From contig JBBQXD010000003.1 of NCBI GenBank assembly GCA_038209995.1, positions 89,079-153,078 on the forward strand: a stretch of 64,000 bases of DNA. Direction: 5' to 3'. Both the position numbers and the translations under genes were made by a program. The stretch's first letter is position 1. The number at the start of each line of letters is the position of its first letter. This DNA is from Candidatus Limnocylindria bacterium. Lineage in GTDB: Bacteria; Chloroflexota; Limnocylindria; QHBO01. The notes below the pieces were generated by a model, which was given only the letters and a program-made list of their open reading frames with translations, searched no databases and was not told the DNA's origin. Positions 16,841 to 25,697 of the stretch are shown here, piece after piece.

Positions 16841-17783
16841 GGCGGCCGATGGCAGCCTGAAGCTCGGCGCGCTGTTCTGGAACCAGTACACCGCGTGGCC
16901 TGCGTTCCGGTCCGCTGCGATGCGTGCCGACGAGCTCGGCTTCGACGACCTGTGGACCTGGGACCACCTGTACCCGATCGTGGGGAACCACGAGGGACCG
17001 ATGTTCGAGGCGTGGCTGACCCTCGCCGCGTGGGCGGAGGCGACCTCGCGGGCAAGGCTGGGGCTGATGGTCGGCGCGAACACGTTCCGCAACCCGGCGC
17101 TGGTGGCCAAGATGGCGACCACCCTCGACCACATCTCCGGCGGCCGCGCGATCCTCGGCATCGGCGGGGCGTGGTTCGAGACCGAGCATGCCGCCTTCGG
17201 GATCGAGTTCGGCGGCTCGCCCGGGGAGCGGCTGCGCTGGCTCGACGAGGCGGCGCGCATGATGCGCGGCATGCTCCACGGGGAGCGGCCGTCCGGCGAC
17301 CGCTACTATGCCGCTCGCGAGGTGCGCAACGACCCGCCACCTGTCCAGGCCCACCTGCCGCTGCTGATCGGCGGCGGCGGGGAGCGGCGCACGCTGCGGA
17401 CCGTCGCCCGCTACGCGGATGCCTGCAACTTCGGCGGCGGCTTCGAGAACGTCCGGCACAAGGACGAGGTGCTCCGCCGCCACTGCGACGAGATCGGCCG
17501 CGACGAGGCGGAGATCGAGCGCACGGTGGGCGTCGGCGTCTGCATCATCCGCGACGATCCGGCGGAGGCGCGCCGAGTTCTCGAGGCGACCTTCGCGCGC
17601 AATGGCGACGCCCGCCCGTGGCAGAGCCAGCTGGTGGGGACGCCGGAGCAGGTCGCCGAGCAGCTCCGCCCGTTCCTGGGGATCGGATTCCGGCACCTCA
17701 TCGTGGGCTTCCCGTCGCCGCACGACGCGGTGTCGCTCGAGCGATTGGCGACCGAGGTCCGCCCGCTGCTCGCCGGCTCATGA
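16833..17783 (+). CDS. LLM-class F420-dependent oxidoreductase
   Basis: LLM TIM-barrel pattern (DDLWTWDHL, RARLGLMVGANTFRNPALVAKMATTLDHISGGRAILGIGGAW). Overlaps the upstream gene by 8 nt and the downstream cofD by ATGA. Confidence 0.7.
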   Translation: MTEAADGSLKLGALFWNQYTAWPAFRSAAMRADELGFDDLWTWDHLYPIVGNHEGPMFEAWLTLAAWAEATSRARLGLMVGANTFRNPALVAKMATTLDHISGGRAILGIGGAWFETEHAAFGIEFGGSPGERLRWLDEAARMMRGMLHGERPSGDRYYAAREVRNDPPPVQAHLPLLIGGGGERRTLRTVARYADACNFGGGFENVRHKDEVLRRHCDEIGRDEAEIERTVGVGVCIIRDDPAEARRVLEATFARNGDARPWQSQLVGTPEQVAEQLRPFLGIGFRHLIVGFPSPHDAVSLERLATEVRPLLAGS

Positions 17784-18715
17784 AGGTCGCCCTGCTCGCC
17801 GGCGGCACGGGCGGGGCGAAGCTGGCACATGGCTTCGCGCAGGTCCTCGCACCCGGCGAGCTGTCGGTGATCGTCAACGTCGCCGATGACACCGAGCTCC
17901 ACGGCCTGCACGTCAGCCCTGACGTCGACAGCGTCCTCTACACGCTCGGGGAGCTCCTCGACCGGGAGACCGGATGGGGCGTCGCCGGCGACACGCGCAC
18001 GGCGCTCGGCATGCTCCGCCGGCTCGGGGCGGAGCGGACCTGGTTCCAGATCGGCGACGCCGACCTCGCCACCCACGTGCGCCGCACGCAGCTCCTCCGT
18101 GACGGCGCGTCACTGACCGATGCCACGGCCGCCATGGCCGCCGCGCTCGGCATCCGCGCCCGCATCCTGCCCGCCACTGACGATCGGCTGCGCACGATGA
18201 TCGAGACCGATGCCGGCGAGCTCGACTTCCAGGACTACTTCGTCGCGCGCCGCCAGGAGCCGGCCGTGACCGGGGTGCGCCTCGACGGCGAGGGATCAGC
18301 CCGCGCCACCGATGCCGCGATCGAGGCGGTGCGCACGGCGGACCTCGTGGTGATCGGTCCCTCCAACCCGGTCGTCAGCATCGGTCCGATCCTCGCCCTC
18401 GCGGAGCTGCGTGACGCCGTCGCCGCCGCGGGCGCGGTGGCCGTCAGCCCGATCATCGCCGGCCGCGCGCTCAAGGGCCCGGCCGACCGGATGCTCGCCT
18501 CGCTGGGGGAGGAGGTCACCGCCGTCGGCGTCGCGCGGCGCTACGCGGGGATCGTCTCGTCCGTCGTCCTCGACACCGCGGACGCGTCGCTCGGCCCGGA
18601 GATAGGCGGCCTGGGAATGACGCCGCGGGTGCTGCCGACGATCATGCGCACCGATGCCGACCGGGCTGCCCTCGCAGCGGCGCTCCTCGAGGGCGGCGGT
18701 ATGCTCGACGCGTGA
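17780..18715 (+). CDS. cofD: 2-phospho-L-lactate transferase (LPPG:Fo 2-phospho-L-lactate transferase) CofD/FbiA
   Basis: MKVALLAGGTGGAKLAHGF ... VIVNVADDTELHGLHVSPDVDSVLYTL is the diagnostic CofD N-terminus. The track ORF 16895..18715 is a longer fused frame and was rejected. Confidence 0.85.
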   Translation: MKVALLAGGTGGAKLAHGFAQVLAPGELSVIVNVADDTELHGLHVSPDVDSVLYTLGELLDRETGWGVAGDTRTALGMLRRLGAERTWFQIGDADLATHVRRTQLLRDGASLTDATAAMAAALGIRARILPATDDRLRTMIETDAGELDFQDYFVARRQEPAVTGVRLDGEGSARATDAAIEAVRTADLVVIGPSNPVVSIGPILALAELRDAVAAAGAVAVSPIIAGRALKGPADRMLASLGEEVTAVGVARRYAGIVSSVVLDTADASLGPEIGGLGMTPRVLPTIMRTDADRAALAAALLEGGGMLDA

Positions 18716-19314
18716 ACGAGCGCGTCCGGATCATCGTCCCGCATCGCGGCCTGGCCGCGGCGAAGACCCGCCTCGCCCCGGTGCTCGACCCCGGTGAGCG
18801 GGTTGCCCTGGCGCGCGAGCTGCTGGAGCGGGTGCTCCGCGTGGCGCGCGAGGCGGTCGACGATGTGGTGGTCATCACGCCCTCCGAGGCCCTGGCACGC
18901 GTCGTCGAGCCGCTCGGCGCGGTGGTCGTCGTGCAGCGCGGGATGGGGCTGAACACCGGGCTCGAGCAGGCGCGACGCGCCGCGGTCGAGGACGGGATCC
19001 GCCTCCTGGGCGTGCTCCACGGCGATCTCCCGAACCTCCGCGCCGATGACGTGGCGGCCCTCCTGGCGGCCGCTCCCCAGCCACGGGGCCTGGCCATCGC
19101 GCCCGATCGCACCGGGACGGGGACGAACGGCCTCGCCATGCGCCCCGTGGACGTCATCGGCTTCGCGTTCGGAGAGGGGAGCTTTGCCGCGCACCATGCC
19201 GCCGCCGACGCGGCAGGCATTCCCGTCGTCGTCGTGGACCGGTCGGGGCTCGCGTTCGATCTCGACACCCCGTCCGACCTCGCCCGCTGGCTCGAGCTCG
19301 GGGACGCGGCGTGA
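18712..19314 (+). CDS. cofC: 2-phospho-L-lactate guanylyltransferase CofC/FbiD
   Basis: RVRIIVPHRGLAAAKTRLAPVLDPGERVALARELLERVL and the later G-rich nucleotidyltransferase segments. ATGA overlap with cofD. Confidence 0.75.
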   Translation: MNERVRIIVPHRGLAAAKTRLAPVLDPGERVALARELLERVLRVAREAVDDVVVITPSEALARVVEPLGAVVVVQRGMGLNTGLEQARRAAVEDGIRLLGVLHGDLPNLRADDVAALLAAAPQPRGLAIAPDRTGTGTNGLAMRPVDVIGFAFGEGSFAAHHAAADAAGIPVVVVDRSGLAFDLDTPSDLARWLELGDAA

Positions 19315-20090
19315 CGTCGGGCTCGCTCGAGATCCTCGCGCTGGACGGGATCCCCGAGGTCCAGGCCGGCGACGACCTGCCAGCGCTCATCGCCGCGGCG
19401 GCCGGGGCCGCCGCCATCGGTCTGTCCGACGCCGACGTCCTGGTCGTCACCCAGAAGGTGGTGAGCAAGGCGGAGGGCCGGCTCGTCGATCTCGCCACCG
19501 TCGAGCCGCGGCCATGGGCGGTCGAGTTTGGCGCCCGGTGGGGCAGGGATGCGCGGCAGGTGGAGCTCGTCCTCCGCGAGTCGGCCGAGATCGTGCGGCT
19601 CGGTCCGCACGGGCTCATCATCTGCCGCACCCATCACGGCTTCGTGTGCGCGAACGCCGGCGTCGACCTCTCGAACGTTGGCACCGGTGACGCGGCAACC
19701 CTCCTGCCGGTCGACCCCGATGCATCCGCCGCCGGGATCCGCGACGGCCTGCGCGCCCGGCTGGGCGTCGCGCCGGCGATCATCGTCAGCGACTCGTTCG
19801 GGCGGCCATGGCGGAACGGGATCGTGAACGTGGCGATTGGTGCGGCGGGCATCGAGCCGCTCCTCGACCTGCGCGGGCGGCCGGACGCGGCGGGGCGCGT
19901 CATGCGCGCCACGATCACCGCGATCGCGGATCAGCTGGCGTCCGCAGCGGATCTCGTCGGCGGCAAGGTCGCGCAGCTGCCGGTCGTCATCGTCCGCGGC
20001 TACGCATACCGGCTGGGCGACAGGGGCGCCGCCGGCGCTGCGGGTGCTGCGGCGCTCGTGATGGATCGCGCCGCGGACCTCTTCCCGTAG
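19311..20090 (+). CDS. cofE: coenzyme F420-0:L-glutamate ligase CofE (FbiB N-domain homologue)
   Basis: LEILALDGIPEVQAGDDLPALI ... VLVVTQKVVSKAEGR ... IICRTHHGFVCANAGVDLSN matches CofE family motifs. 4-nt overlap with cofC. Confidence 0.8.
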   Translation: MTSGSLEILALDGIPEVQAGDDLPALIAAAAGAAAIGLSDADVLVVTQKVVSKAEGRLVDLATVEPRPWAVEFGARWGRDARQVELVLRESAEIVRLGPHGLIICRTHHGFVCANAGVDLSNVGTGDAATLLPVDPDASAAGIRDGLRARLGVAPAIIVSDSFGRPWRNGIVNVAIGAAGIEPLLDLRGRPDAAGRVMRATITAIADQLASAADLVGGKVAQLPVVIVRGYAYRLGDRGAAGAAGAAALVMDRAADLFP

Positions 20091-20170
20091 GTCGAGCACG
20101 CGTCTTCGAGGAGGGGCTCCACCGCGGACGGACGGTGGCCATCGGTCTACCAGGGACGCTCAGCATCCCT

Positions 20171-20259
20171 TCGTGACAGCGTGCCTCACATGCGCCATGT
20201 GCAGCTCGTGACAGCGTGCCTCACATGCGCCGGGTGCAGCATGTGCGTCACGAGCGACC
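20171..20259. repeat. tandem palindromic repeat element (2 x 35 nt unit plus partial), GTGAC-N7-(G/C)TCAC family
   Basis: tcgtgacagcgtgcctcacatgcgcc(a/g)(t/g)gtgcagc occurs twice in tandem, then atgtgcgtcacgagcgacc. Contains the internal palindrome CACATGCGCCATGTG. Related to the repeat at 53778-53889. Confidence 0.7.
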
Positions 20260-20293
20260 TACCCGCGGCGCGTGGACCCGCCCGGGAGGAGGG

Positions 20294-20629
20294 TCAGTTC
20301 GGCTGAAGGAAGAGGGCGACGATCTCGCCACCCTCCACGCGGAAGTTCGCCTCGACGTTCATCGGCGGCACGCCGGGCCGCATGACGGTCACCTCGGCGA
20401 TGTAGCTGCTGCCCATGTTGCGGCTGTCGTTGGTGAACATCCGGAAGCCGTCGCCGGCCCGGACGAACCAGCCGCCGACCTTGTCGCGACCGCGCAGGTT
20501 CGTCCGCTCGTCGGAGCCGGGCACGCTGATGCCGAGCACGGCATGCTCGGCGAAGAGCTCGACGGCCTTCTCGCGGCGGTCGTCGTTGATGAGCTCGAGG
20601 AACAGGTCGACGGTCTCGGTGGCTCCCAT
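20294..20629 (-). CDS. NTF2-like / SnoaL-like small protein
   Basis: 111 aa in a cone-shaped alpha+beta family pattern (VDLFLELINDDRREKAVELFAEHAVL ... EANFRVEGGEIVALF). Confidence 0.5.
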   Translation of the reverse strand: MGATETVDLFLELINDDRREKAVELFAEHAVLGISVPGSDERTNLRGRDKVGGWFVRAGDGFRMFTNDSRNMGSSYIAEVTVMRPGVPPMNVEANFRVEGGEIVALFLQPN

Positions 20630-20691
20630 GGCCGGGCCAGTCTAGCCGGAATGCGCCTCACGAGCCGGTCCGCGGCTAGACTGACCGTCCA

Positions 20692-21615
20692 ATGACACCG
20701 CTTCGCATCGGGCTGATCGGCTGGGGCACGGTCGGCGCCGCCCTCGGCGAGCTCGTGCTGCGCGGTCCGCTGCCGCTCGAGCTCGGCGTGGTGGCGGTGC
20801 GTGATTTGCGGCGACCCAGAGGTAACGCGCTCCCGGCCGACGTGCGAGTCGGCAGGCCGGATGACGCTCTGATCACCGACGTCGTGGTGGAGTTGGCCGG
20901 CGGGATCGAGGCTCCCCGGGAGTGGGCGCGGGCCACGCTGGAGGCGGGGAAGGCGTACGTGACCGCCAACAAGGCCCTCCTCGCCACCCACGGCGGCATG
21001 CTGGCGGCCCTCGCGCAGGCGCGCGGTGGGGCGCTGCTGGGCAGTGCCAGCGTCGGCGGCGGAACGCCGATGATCGAGACCGTCACCCACCTCGCCGCGA
21101 CCGGCGAGCTGTCGCGATTGCGCGGCATCGTCAATGCCACCACGACCTTCATCTGCACCGCGATGGGGGAGGGCCGCGCCTACGAGGATGCGCTGCGCGC
21201 GGCCCAGGCCGCGGGTTACGCGGAGGCCGATCCGACGTTCGACGTCACCGGTCGCGACGCCGCCCAGAAGCTCGCCATTCTGGCCTCGGTGGCCTGGGGC
21301 GAGTGGCGCGCGGAGTCCGAGGTGGCGACGTCGGGGATCGTCGGCCTCGCGGTGGCCCCCGGCGCAACGGTGCGCCTCGTTGCCGAGGCCACTCCGGAGC
21401 TGATGAGCGTGAGACCGATGGAGCTGGCGGGCGACGACCCACTGGCAACGGTGTCGGGGATCGGCAGTCTGCTGGCCGTCGAGGTGGCGGGGGCGGGCAC
21501 CTTCACGGTGAGCGGGCCCGGCGCCGGGGGGCGCGTGACGGCGGGTGCCGTCTATGCCGACCTCGCGCGGCTGGTCGCCGGGGAGCGGCCGATCCTCTTC
21601 GGGAGCGGGCGATGA
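20692..21615 (+). CDS. hom: homoserine dehydrogenase (short form)
   Basis: N-terminal Rossmann IGLIGWGTVG and catalytic-region signature AQAAGYAEADPTFDVTGRDAAQKLAILASV. Confidence 0.8.
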   Translation: MTPLRIGLIGWGTVGAALGELVLRGPLPLELGVVAVRDLRRPRGNALPADVRVGRPDDALITDVVVELAGGIEAPREWARATLEAGKAYVTANKALLATHGGMLAALAQARGGALLGSASVGGGTPMIETVTHLAATGELSRLRGIVNATTTFICTAMGEGRAYEDALRAAQAAGYAEADPTFDVTGRDAAQKLAILASVAWGEWRAESEVATSGIVGLAVAPGATVRLVAEATPELMSVRPMELAGDDPLATVSGIGSLLAVEVAGAGTFTVSGPGAGGRVTAGAVYADLARLVAGERPILFGSGR

Positions 21616-22643
21616 GCGACTGGCCGATCGTCGGCATTGCCGGCGCGCGGGGCGTGGTGGGGAGCGTCCTGTGCTCCATCCTCGCCGACGCGGGCCTGCC
21701 GGCTGCCTCGCTGCGCCTCTTCGGCCACCAGGAGGGGCACGCCGCGACCTACCGGGGCGAGGAGCTGCCGGTCCACGTCCTCGACGCGACGCGCGCGGCC
21801 GAGCTCGACGTGCTGTTCCTTGCCGTCGATGCCGCCCAGAGCCGCGAGATCATGGATGGCCCCGGCGCCGCCGTCCCGCTGGTGGTCGATAACTCGAGCG
21901 CCTTCCGCCTCGCCGAGGACGTGCCGCTCGTCGTGCCAGAGGCGAACGCGCGTGCCGCGCGCGAGCGGCGCGGCAACCTGATCGCGAATCCGAACTGCAC
22001 GACCGCCGCCGCGGTCGTGGTGCTGGCACCCCTCCGCGACGCGGCGGGACTCGCGGCGGTCGACCTCGCGTCGTACCAGGCGGTGAGCGGCGCCGGGCGA
22101 GCCGGGCTCGATGCCTTCGCGGCAGAGCGGGGGAGCGTGCACCGCGAACGAGCCGCCGACTCCCCGTTCCACGGCCGCATCGCGGATAGCGTCGTGCCGC
22201 AGATCGACGTCCTCGACGAGGCGGGCTGGACCGGCGAGGAGCGGAAGATCCATGCCGAGATCCGCAAGATCCTCGACATGCCGGACCTCGACGTGGCCGC
22301 CACGACGGTGCGGGTGGCGGTGCACACCGGCCACAGCGTGGCGCTCCACATTCGAACCGAGCGCGCCACGACGGTCGGGGAGCTCGAGGCCGCGCTGCGC
22401 GCCGCCCCGGGCGTGGAGTACCGGCCCGCGGATGGCAGCGAGCGCCATCCGATGCCGCTCGACGTCGAGGGTCGCGACCCGGTGCTGGTGGGGCGGCTGC
22501 GCGCGATCCCGGGACGTGTGGGTGGCTTCGCGCTCTGGCTGTCGAGCGACAACCTCCGTAAGGGCGCCGCGCTCAACGCGATCCAGGTCGCCGCGGCTGC
22601 CGATCCCGAGCGCTTCGGACGGCTCGTCCCACCGCCGCGCTGA
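21612..22643 (+). CDS. asd: aspartate-semialdehyde dehydrogenase
   Basis: IVGIAGARGVVGSVL (NAD(P) binding), NPNCTT (active-site Cys) and the C-terminal asd dimerisation domain. ATGA overlap with hom. Confidence 0.85.
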   Translation: MSDWPIVGIAGARGVVGSVLCSILADAGLPAASLRLFGHQEGHAATYRGEELPVHVLDATRAAELDVLFLAVDAAQSREIMDGPGAAVPLVVDNSSAFRLAEDVPLVVPEANARAARERRGNLIANPNCTTAAAVVVLAPLRDAAGLAAVDLASYQAVSGAGRAGLDAFAAERGSVHRERAADSPFHGRIADSVVPQIDVLDEAGWTGEERKIHAEIRKILDMPDLDVAATTVRVAVHTGHSVALHIRTERATTVGELEAALRAAPGVEYRPADGSERHPMPLDVEGRDPVLVGRLRAIPGRVGGFALWLSSDNLRKGAALNAIQVAAAADPERFGRLVPPPR

Positions 22644-22739
22644 CGTCGCGGCGGACTGCTCCGCGGCGCGTGATCCGAACCGTCAGCAGACGCGACCATC
22701 GGGCTATGCTGCGCGCGTTCCCGCCCGCTCAACGCAACC

Positions 22740-24395
22740 ATGCTCGGGGGTGCCCACCCAGTGCCGTCCTTCGGTGACCTTGCCGCCCAGTTCCTCGACG
22801 AGGAGCACGCCGCCAACCCGGTCCGTGCCTCGTACCTCGGCCTGAGCGACTACGACGATCAGCTCGACGACCTGTCCGCCGCAGCCATCGAGGCCGATGC
22901 TGCCCGGTCGGCGGCCTGGCTCGACCGGTTCGCCGCGCTCGGCGATGACGAGCTGACGTTCGACGAGGCGATCGACCGCGATCTCGCCGTCGCCCAGCTC
23001 CGGGAGCGCGCGATCTACCACGAGTGGGAGATCTGGCGCCGCCAGCCGGACCTCTACCTCAACCCCGGCATGCGGGGCGTCTTCGTCCTCTTCCTCCACC
23101 GGCTGCGGCCGGAGGGCGAGCTGGCAGCCGCGGCCGCCGCCCGCCTGCGGGCAGTGCCGGCAAACCTTGCCGCCGGCCGCGCGAACCTGCGACCCGCGAT
23201 GGTGTCGCTCGTCATCCTCGACCGGGCGATCAACCAGGCCCGCGCCGGCGCCCGCTACGTCCGCGACCTGCTGCCGGCCGACGTCGCCGAGGAGCATCGC
23301 GGCGACCTGGCCGCTGCCGGCGCGGAGGCGGCGCACGCATTCGAGGCCTATGCCGCCTTCCTCGAGGAGATGCGCCCGGCGGCGACCGGGGAGTGGGCGT
23401 TCGGCGAGGAGAACTACACCGCGGTCCTGCGCGACGCGGAGCACCTCGACCTCGACACGCGGGCGCTCCATCAGCGCGGCCTCGACCAGGTGGAGCTGCT
23501 GCTCGGCGAGATGCGCCGCCTCTCGAGCGATATCGCCGGCCACGACGACTGGAAGCGGCTCGTCAGCGAGCTCAACGCCGATCGCCCGGCCGACCCGGAG
23601 GCGATGCGCGTCGGGTACGAGGTATGGACCGAGCGCGCGCGCCAGTTCCTCCACGACCGCAACCTCGTCTCCTTTCCGGCCGGCGAGGAGTGCCTGGTGG
23701 TGCCATCGCCGCCCTTCCAGCGGCCCGTGATCGCGGTCGCCAGCTACGTCGCGCCGCCGCACTACGCGGCCACGTTCCGCGGCCACTTCTTCGTGCCGTT
23801 CCCACCGGATGGCGCGTCGGAGGAGGAGACCGGGAAGCGGCTCGAGTCGAACGCGTACCCGAGCATTCCCACCACCGCCGTGCACGAGGCCTACCCCGGA
23901 CATCACTGGCACCTCGCGATGGCGAAGACGAACCCCTCGCCGATGCGCGCCGAGTTCGGGACGAGCTACTTCGCGGAGGGCTGGGCCCTCTACGCGGAGG
24001 AGATGATGACGAACGCCGGCTTCTACGACGATCCGCGCCACGTCCTCTACCAGGTCGAGGCACGGCTCTTCCGCGCCGCCCGGATCGTCGTCGACACCGC
24101 CCTCCACATGGGTGAGATGAGCCACCCCGGCGCGGTCGCCTACATGCTGGCCCACAGCTCGCTCACCGAGCCGACGGCGATCGCGGAGGTCACCCGCTAC
24201 TGCTCGTGGCCGACGCAGGCCAGCTCGTATCTCACCGGCGCGCTCGAGATCGCGCGGATCCGCGACGCGTTCTTCGCCGCGCGCGGCGCCGAGGCCGGTG
24301 ATGTCGACACGCTGCGCGACTTCCATGACGCGATCGCCGGGGCAGGAACGCTGCCGATCGCGCTCGCGGAGCGGGCGGCGCTGGCCAGGGTCTGA
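22740..24395 (+). CDS. DUF885 family protein (putative metallopeptidase-like)
   Basis: DUF885 hallmark HEAYPGHHWH plus a YFAEGWALYAEEMM segment. 551 aa. Confidence 0.7.
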   Translation: MLGGAHPVPSFGDLAAQFLDEEHAANPVRASYLGLSDYDDQLDDLSAAAIEADAARSAAWLDRFAALGDDELTFDEAIDRDLAVAQLRERAIYHEWEIWRRQPDLYLNPGMRGVFVLFLHRLRPEGELAAAAAARLRAVPANLAAGRANLRPAMVSLVILDRAINQARAGARYVRDLLPADVAEEHRGDLAAAGAEAAHAFEAYAAFLEEMRPAATGEWAFGEENYTAVLRDAEHLDLDTRALHQRGLDQVELLLGEMRRLSSDIAGHDDWKRLVSELNADRPADPEAMRVGYEVWTERARQFLHDRNLVSFPAGEECLVVPSPPFQRPVIAVASYVAPPHYAATFRGHFFVPFPPDGASEEETGKRLESNAYPSIPTTAVHEAYPGHHWHLAMAKTNPSPMRAEFGTSYFAEGWALYAEEMMTNAGFYDDPRHVLYQVEARLFRAARIVVDTALHMGEMSHPGAVAYMLAHSSLTEPTAIAEVTRYCSWPTQASSYLTGALEIARIRDAFFAARGAEAGDVDTLRDFHDAIAGAGTLPIALAERAALARV

Positions 24396-24431
24396 TCCGC
24401 GCTCGGTGACCGATGCGGGTAGCATCGGTCC

Positions 24432-25235
24432 ATGGACGTGAACGGCGCGCGCCGGCGTGACAGCTGGCTGATGGACATGGACGGGGTGATCGTCCGCGAG
24501 GAGCACCTCGTCCCCGGCGCGGACCGCTTCATCGCGCGGCTCCGGGAGGCGCGCGTCCCGTTCCTCATCCTCACCAACAATTCGATGTTCACGCCACGCG
24601 ACCTCGTCGCGCGGCTCGGCCACATGGGGCTGGTCGTTGACCCCGAGGCGATCTGGACCTCGGCCCTCGCGACCGCCAAGTTCCTCGCCTCGCAGCGACC
24701 GAACGGGACGGCCTTCGTCATCGGCGAGGCGGGCCTGACGACGGCGCTCCACGAGGTTGGGTACACCCTCACCGAGACCGATCCGGACTATGTCGTCATC
24801 GGCGAGACACGCACCTACAGCTTCGAGCGCATCGCGCGCGGCATCCAGCTCATCAGCCGCGGAGCGCGCTTCATCGCCACCAACCCGGATCCGACCGGGC
24901 CGTCACCGGCGGGACCACTGCCTGCCACGGGCTCGGTGGCGGCGCTGATCTCGGCGTCGACCGGCGTGCAGCCGTACTTCATCGGCAAGCCGAATCCGCT
25001 CATGATCCGGTCCGCCCTGCGCCAGATCGGCGCGCACTCGGAGACGACGGTGATGATCGGTGACCGCATGGACACCGACATCGTCACCGGCATCGAGGCC
25101 GGACTCGAGACGATCCTCGTGCTGACCGGCATCCACGGCAGCGAGGAGGCGCAGCGCTTCAGCTACCTCCCGAGCCGCATCGTGGACTCGGTCGCCGATC
25201 TTATCGGCGAGATCGTCGACCGCAGCGACGACTGA
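24432..25235 (+). CDS. HAD-IIA family hydrolase (NagD-like sugar-phosphatase)
   Basis: DMDGVI (motif I), LTNNS (motif II) and GDRMDTDI (motif IV). A later Met (MDMDGV) is an alternative start. Confidence 0.7.
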   Translation: MDVNGARRRDSWLMDMDGVIVREEHLVPGADRFIARLREARVPFLILTNNSMFTPRDLVARLGHMGLVVDPEAIWTSALATAKFLASQRPNGTAFVIGEAGLTTALHEVGYTLTETDPDYVVIGETRTYSFERIARGIQLISRGARFIATNPDPTGPSPAGPLPATGSVAALISASTGVQPYFIGKPNPLMIRSALRQIGAHSETTVMIGDRMDTDIVTGIEAGLETILVLTGIHGSEEAQRFSYLPSRIVDSVADLIGEIVDRSDD

Positions 25236-25238
25236 CCG

Positions 25239-25697
25239 ATGCGCATCGGTACTTCGTTCCCGACCCGCCTCGCGCCGGACCGCGCGTACGCCTACCTGGC
25301 CGACTTCGCGACGATCGAGGAGTGGGATCCGTTCATCACGCACGCTGAGCGGCTCGATCCCGGACCACCACGCGTCGGCAGCCGTTACCACCTCGACGGC
25401 CGCGCCCCGATCGGCATGAGGGTCGCGCTCGACTACGTCATGGAGTCGCTCGAGCCGCCGAAGCGGATCCGGCTGCGCGGGTCGTCGGGCACTCGCTTCG
25501 ACGGCTGGGATGAGATCACGATCACCCCGGCCCCGGCCGGCGGCAGCACGATTCGCTACGATGCGGAGGTGAACCTCCACGGCGTCGGGCGCCTGGTCGG
25601 GCTCGCCATCCCGATCATGGCGCTCATCGGTCGCATCCGCGGCGGCGGCCCGCTCGACGGCATGCGGCGCCGCCTCGACGCGCTGGCGGACCGATGA
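25239..25697 (+). CDS. SRPBCC (START/Bet v1-like, polyketide-cyclase-like) family protein
   Basis: 152 aa. YAYLADFATIEEWDPFI ... helix-grip pattern. Starts 4 nt after the upstream stop. Confidence 0.6.
   Translation: MRIGTSFPTRLAPDRAYAYLADFATIEEWDPFITHAERLDPGPPRVGSRYHLDGRAPIGMRVALDYVMESLEPPKRIRLRGSSGTRFDGWDEITITPAPAGGSTIRYDAEVNLHGVGRLVGLAIPIMALIGRIRGGGPLDGMRRRLDALADR

Noticed and set aside
16895-18715. 606-aa fused track ORF covering the LLM gene and cofD
   Set aside because: Its first about 295 aa are an alternative frame of the LLM gene with poly-R/P/G composition. Only the last 312 aa (from MKVALLAGGTGG at 17780) form the CofD protein, and the LLM gene is in another frame ending at 17783.
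20171-20259. Possible CRISPR array suggested by the direct repeats at about 20.2 kb and 53.8 kb
   Set aside because: There are only two adjacent repeat copies per locus, with no intervening unique spacers and no cas genes in the window. The units are internally palindromic, as in REP/operator elements, rather than CRISPR repeats.
22704-24752. 682-aa minus-strand ORF antisense to the DUF885 gene and HAD start
   Set aside because: Same GC-skewed shadow-ORF character (poly-R/A/G) with no recognisable domain. It overlaps two well-supported plus-strand genes.
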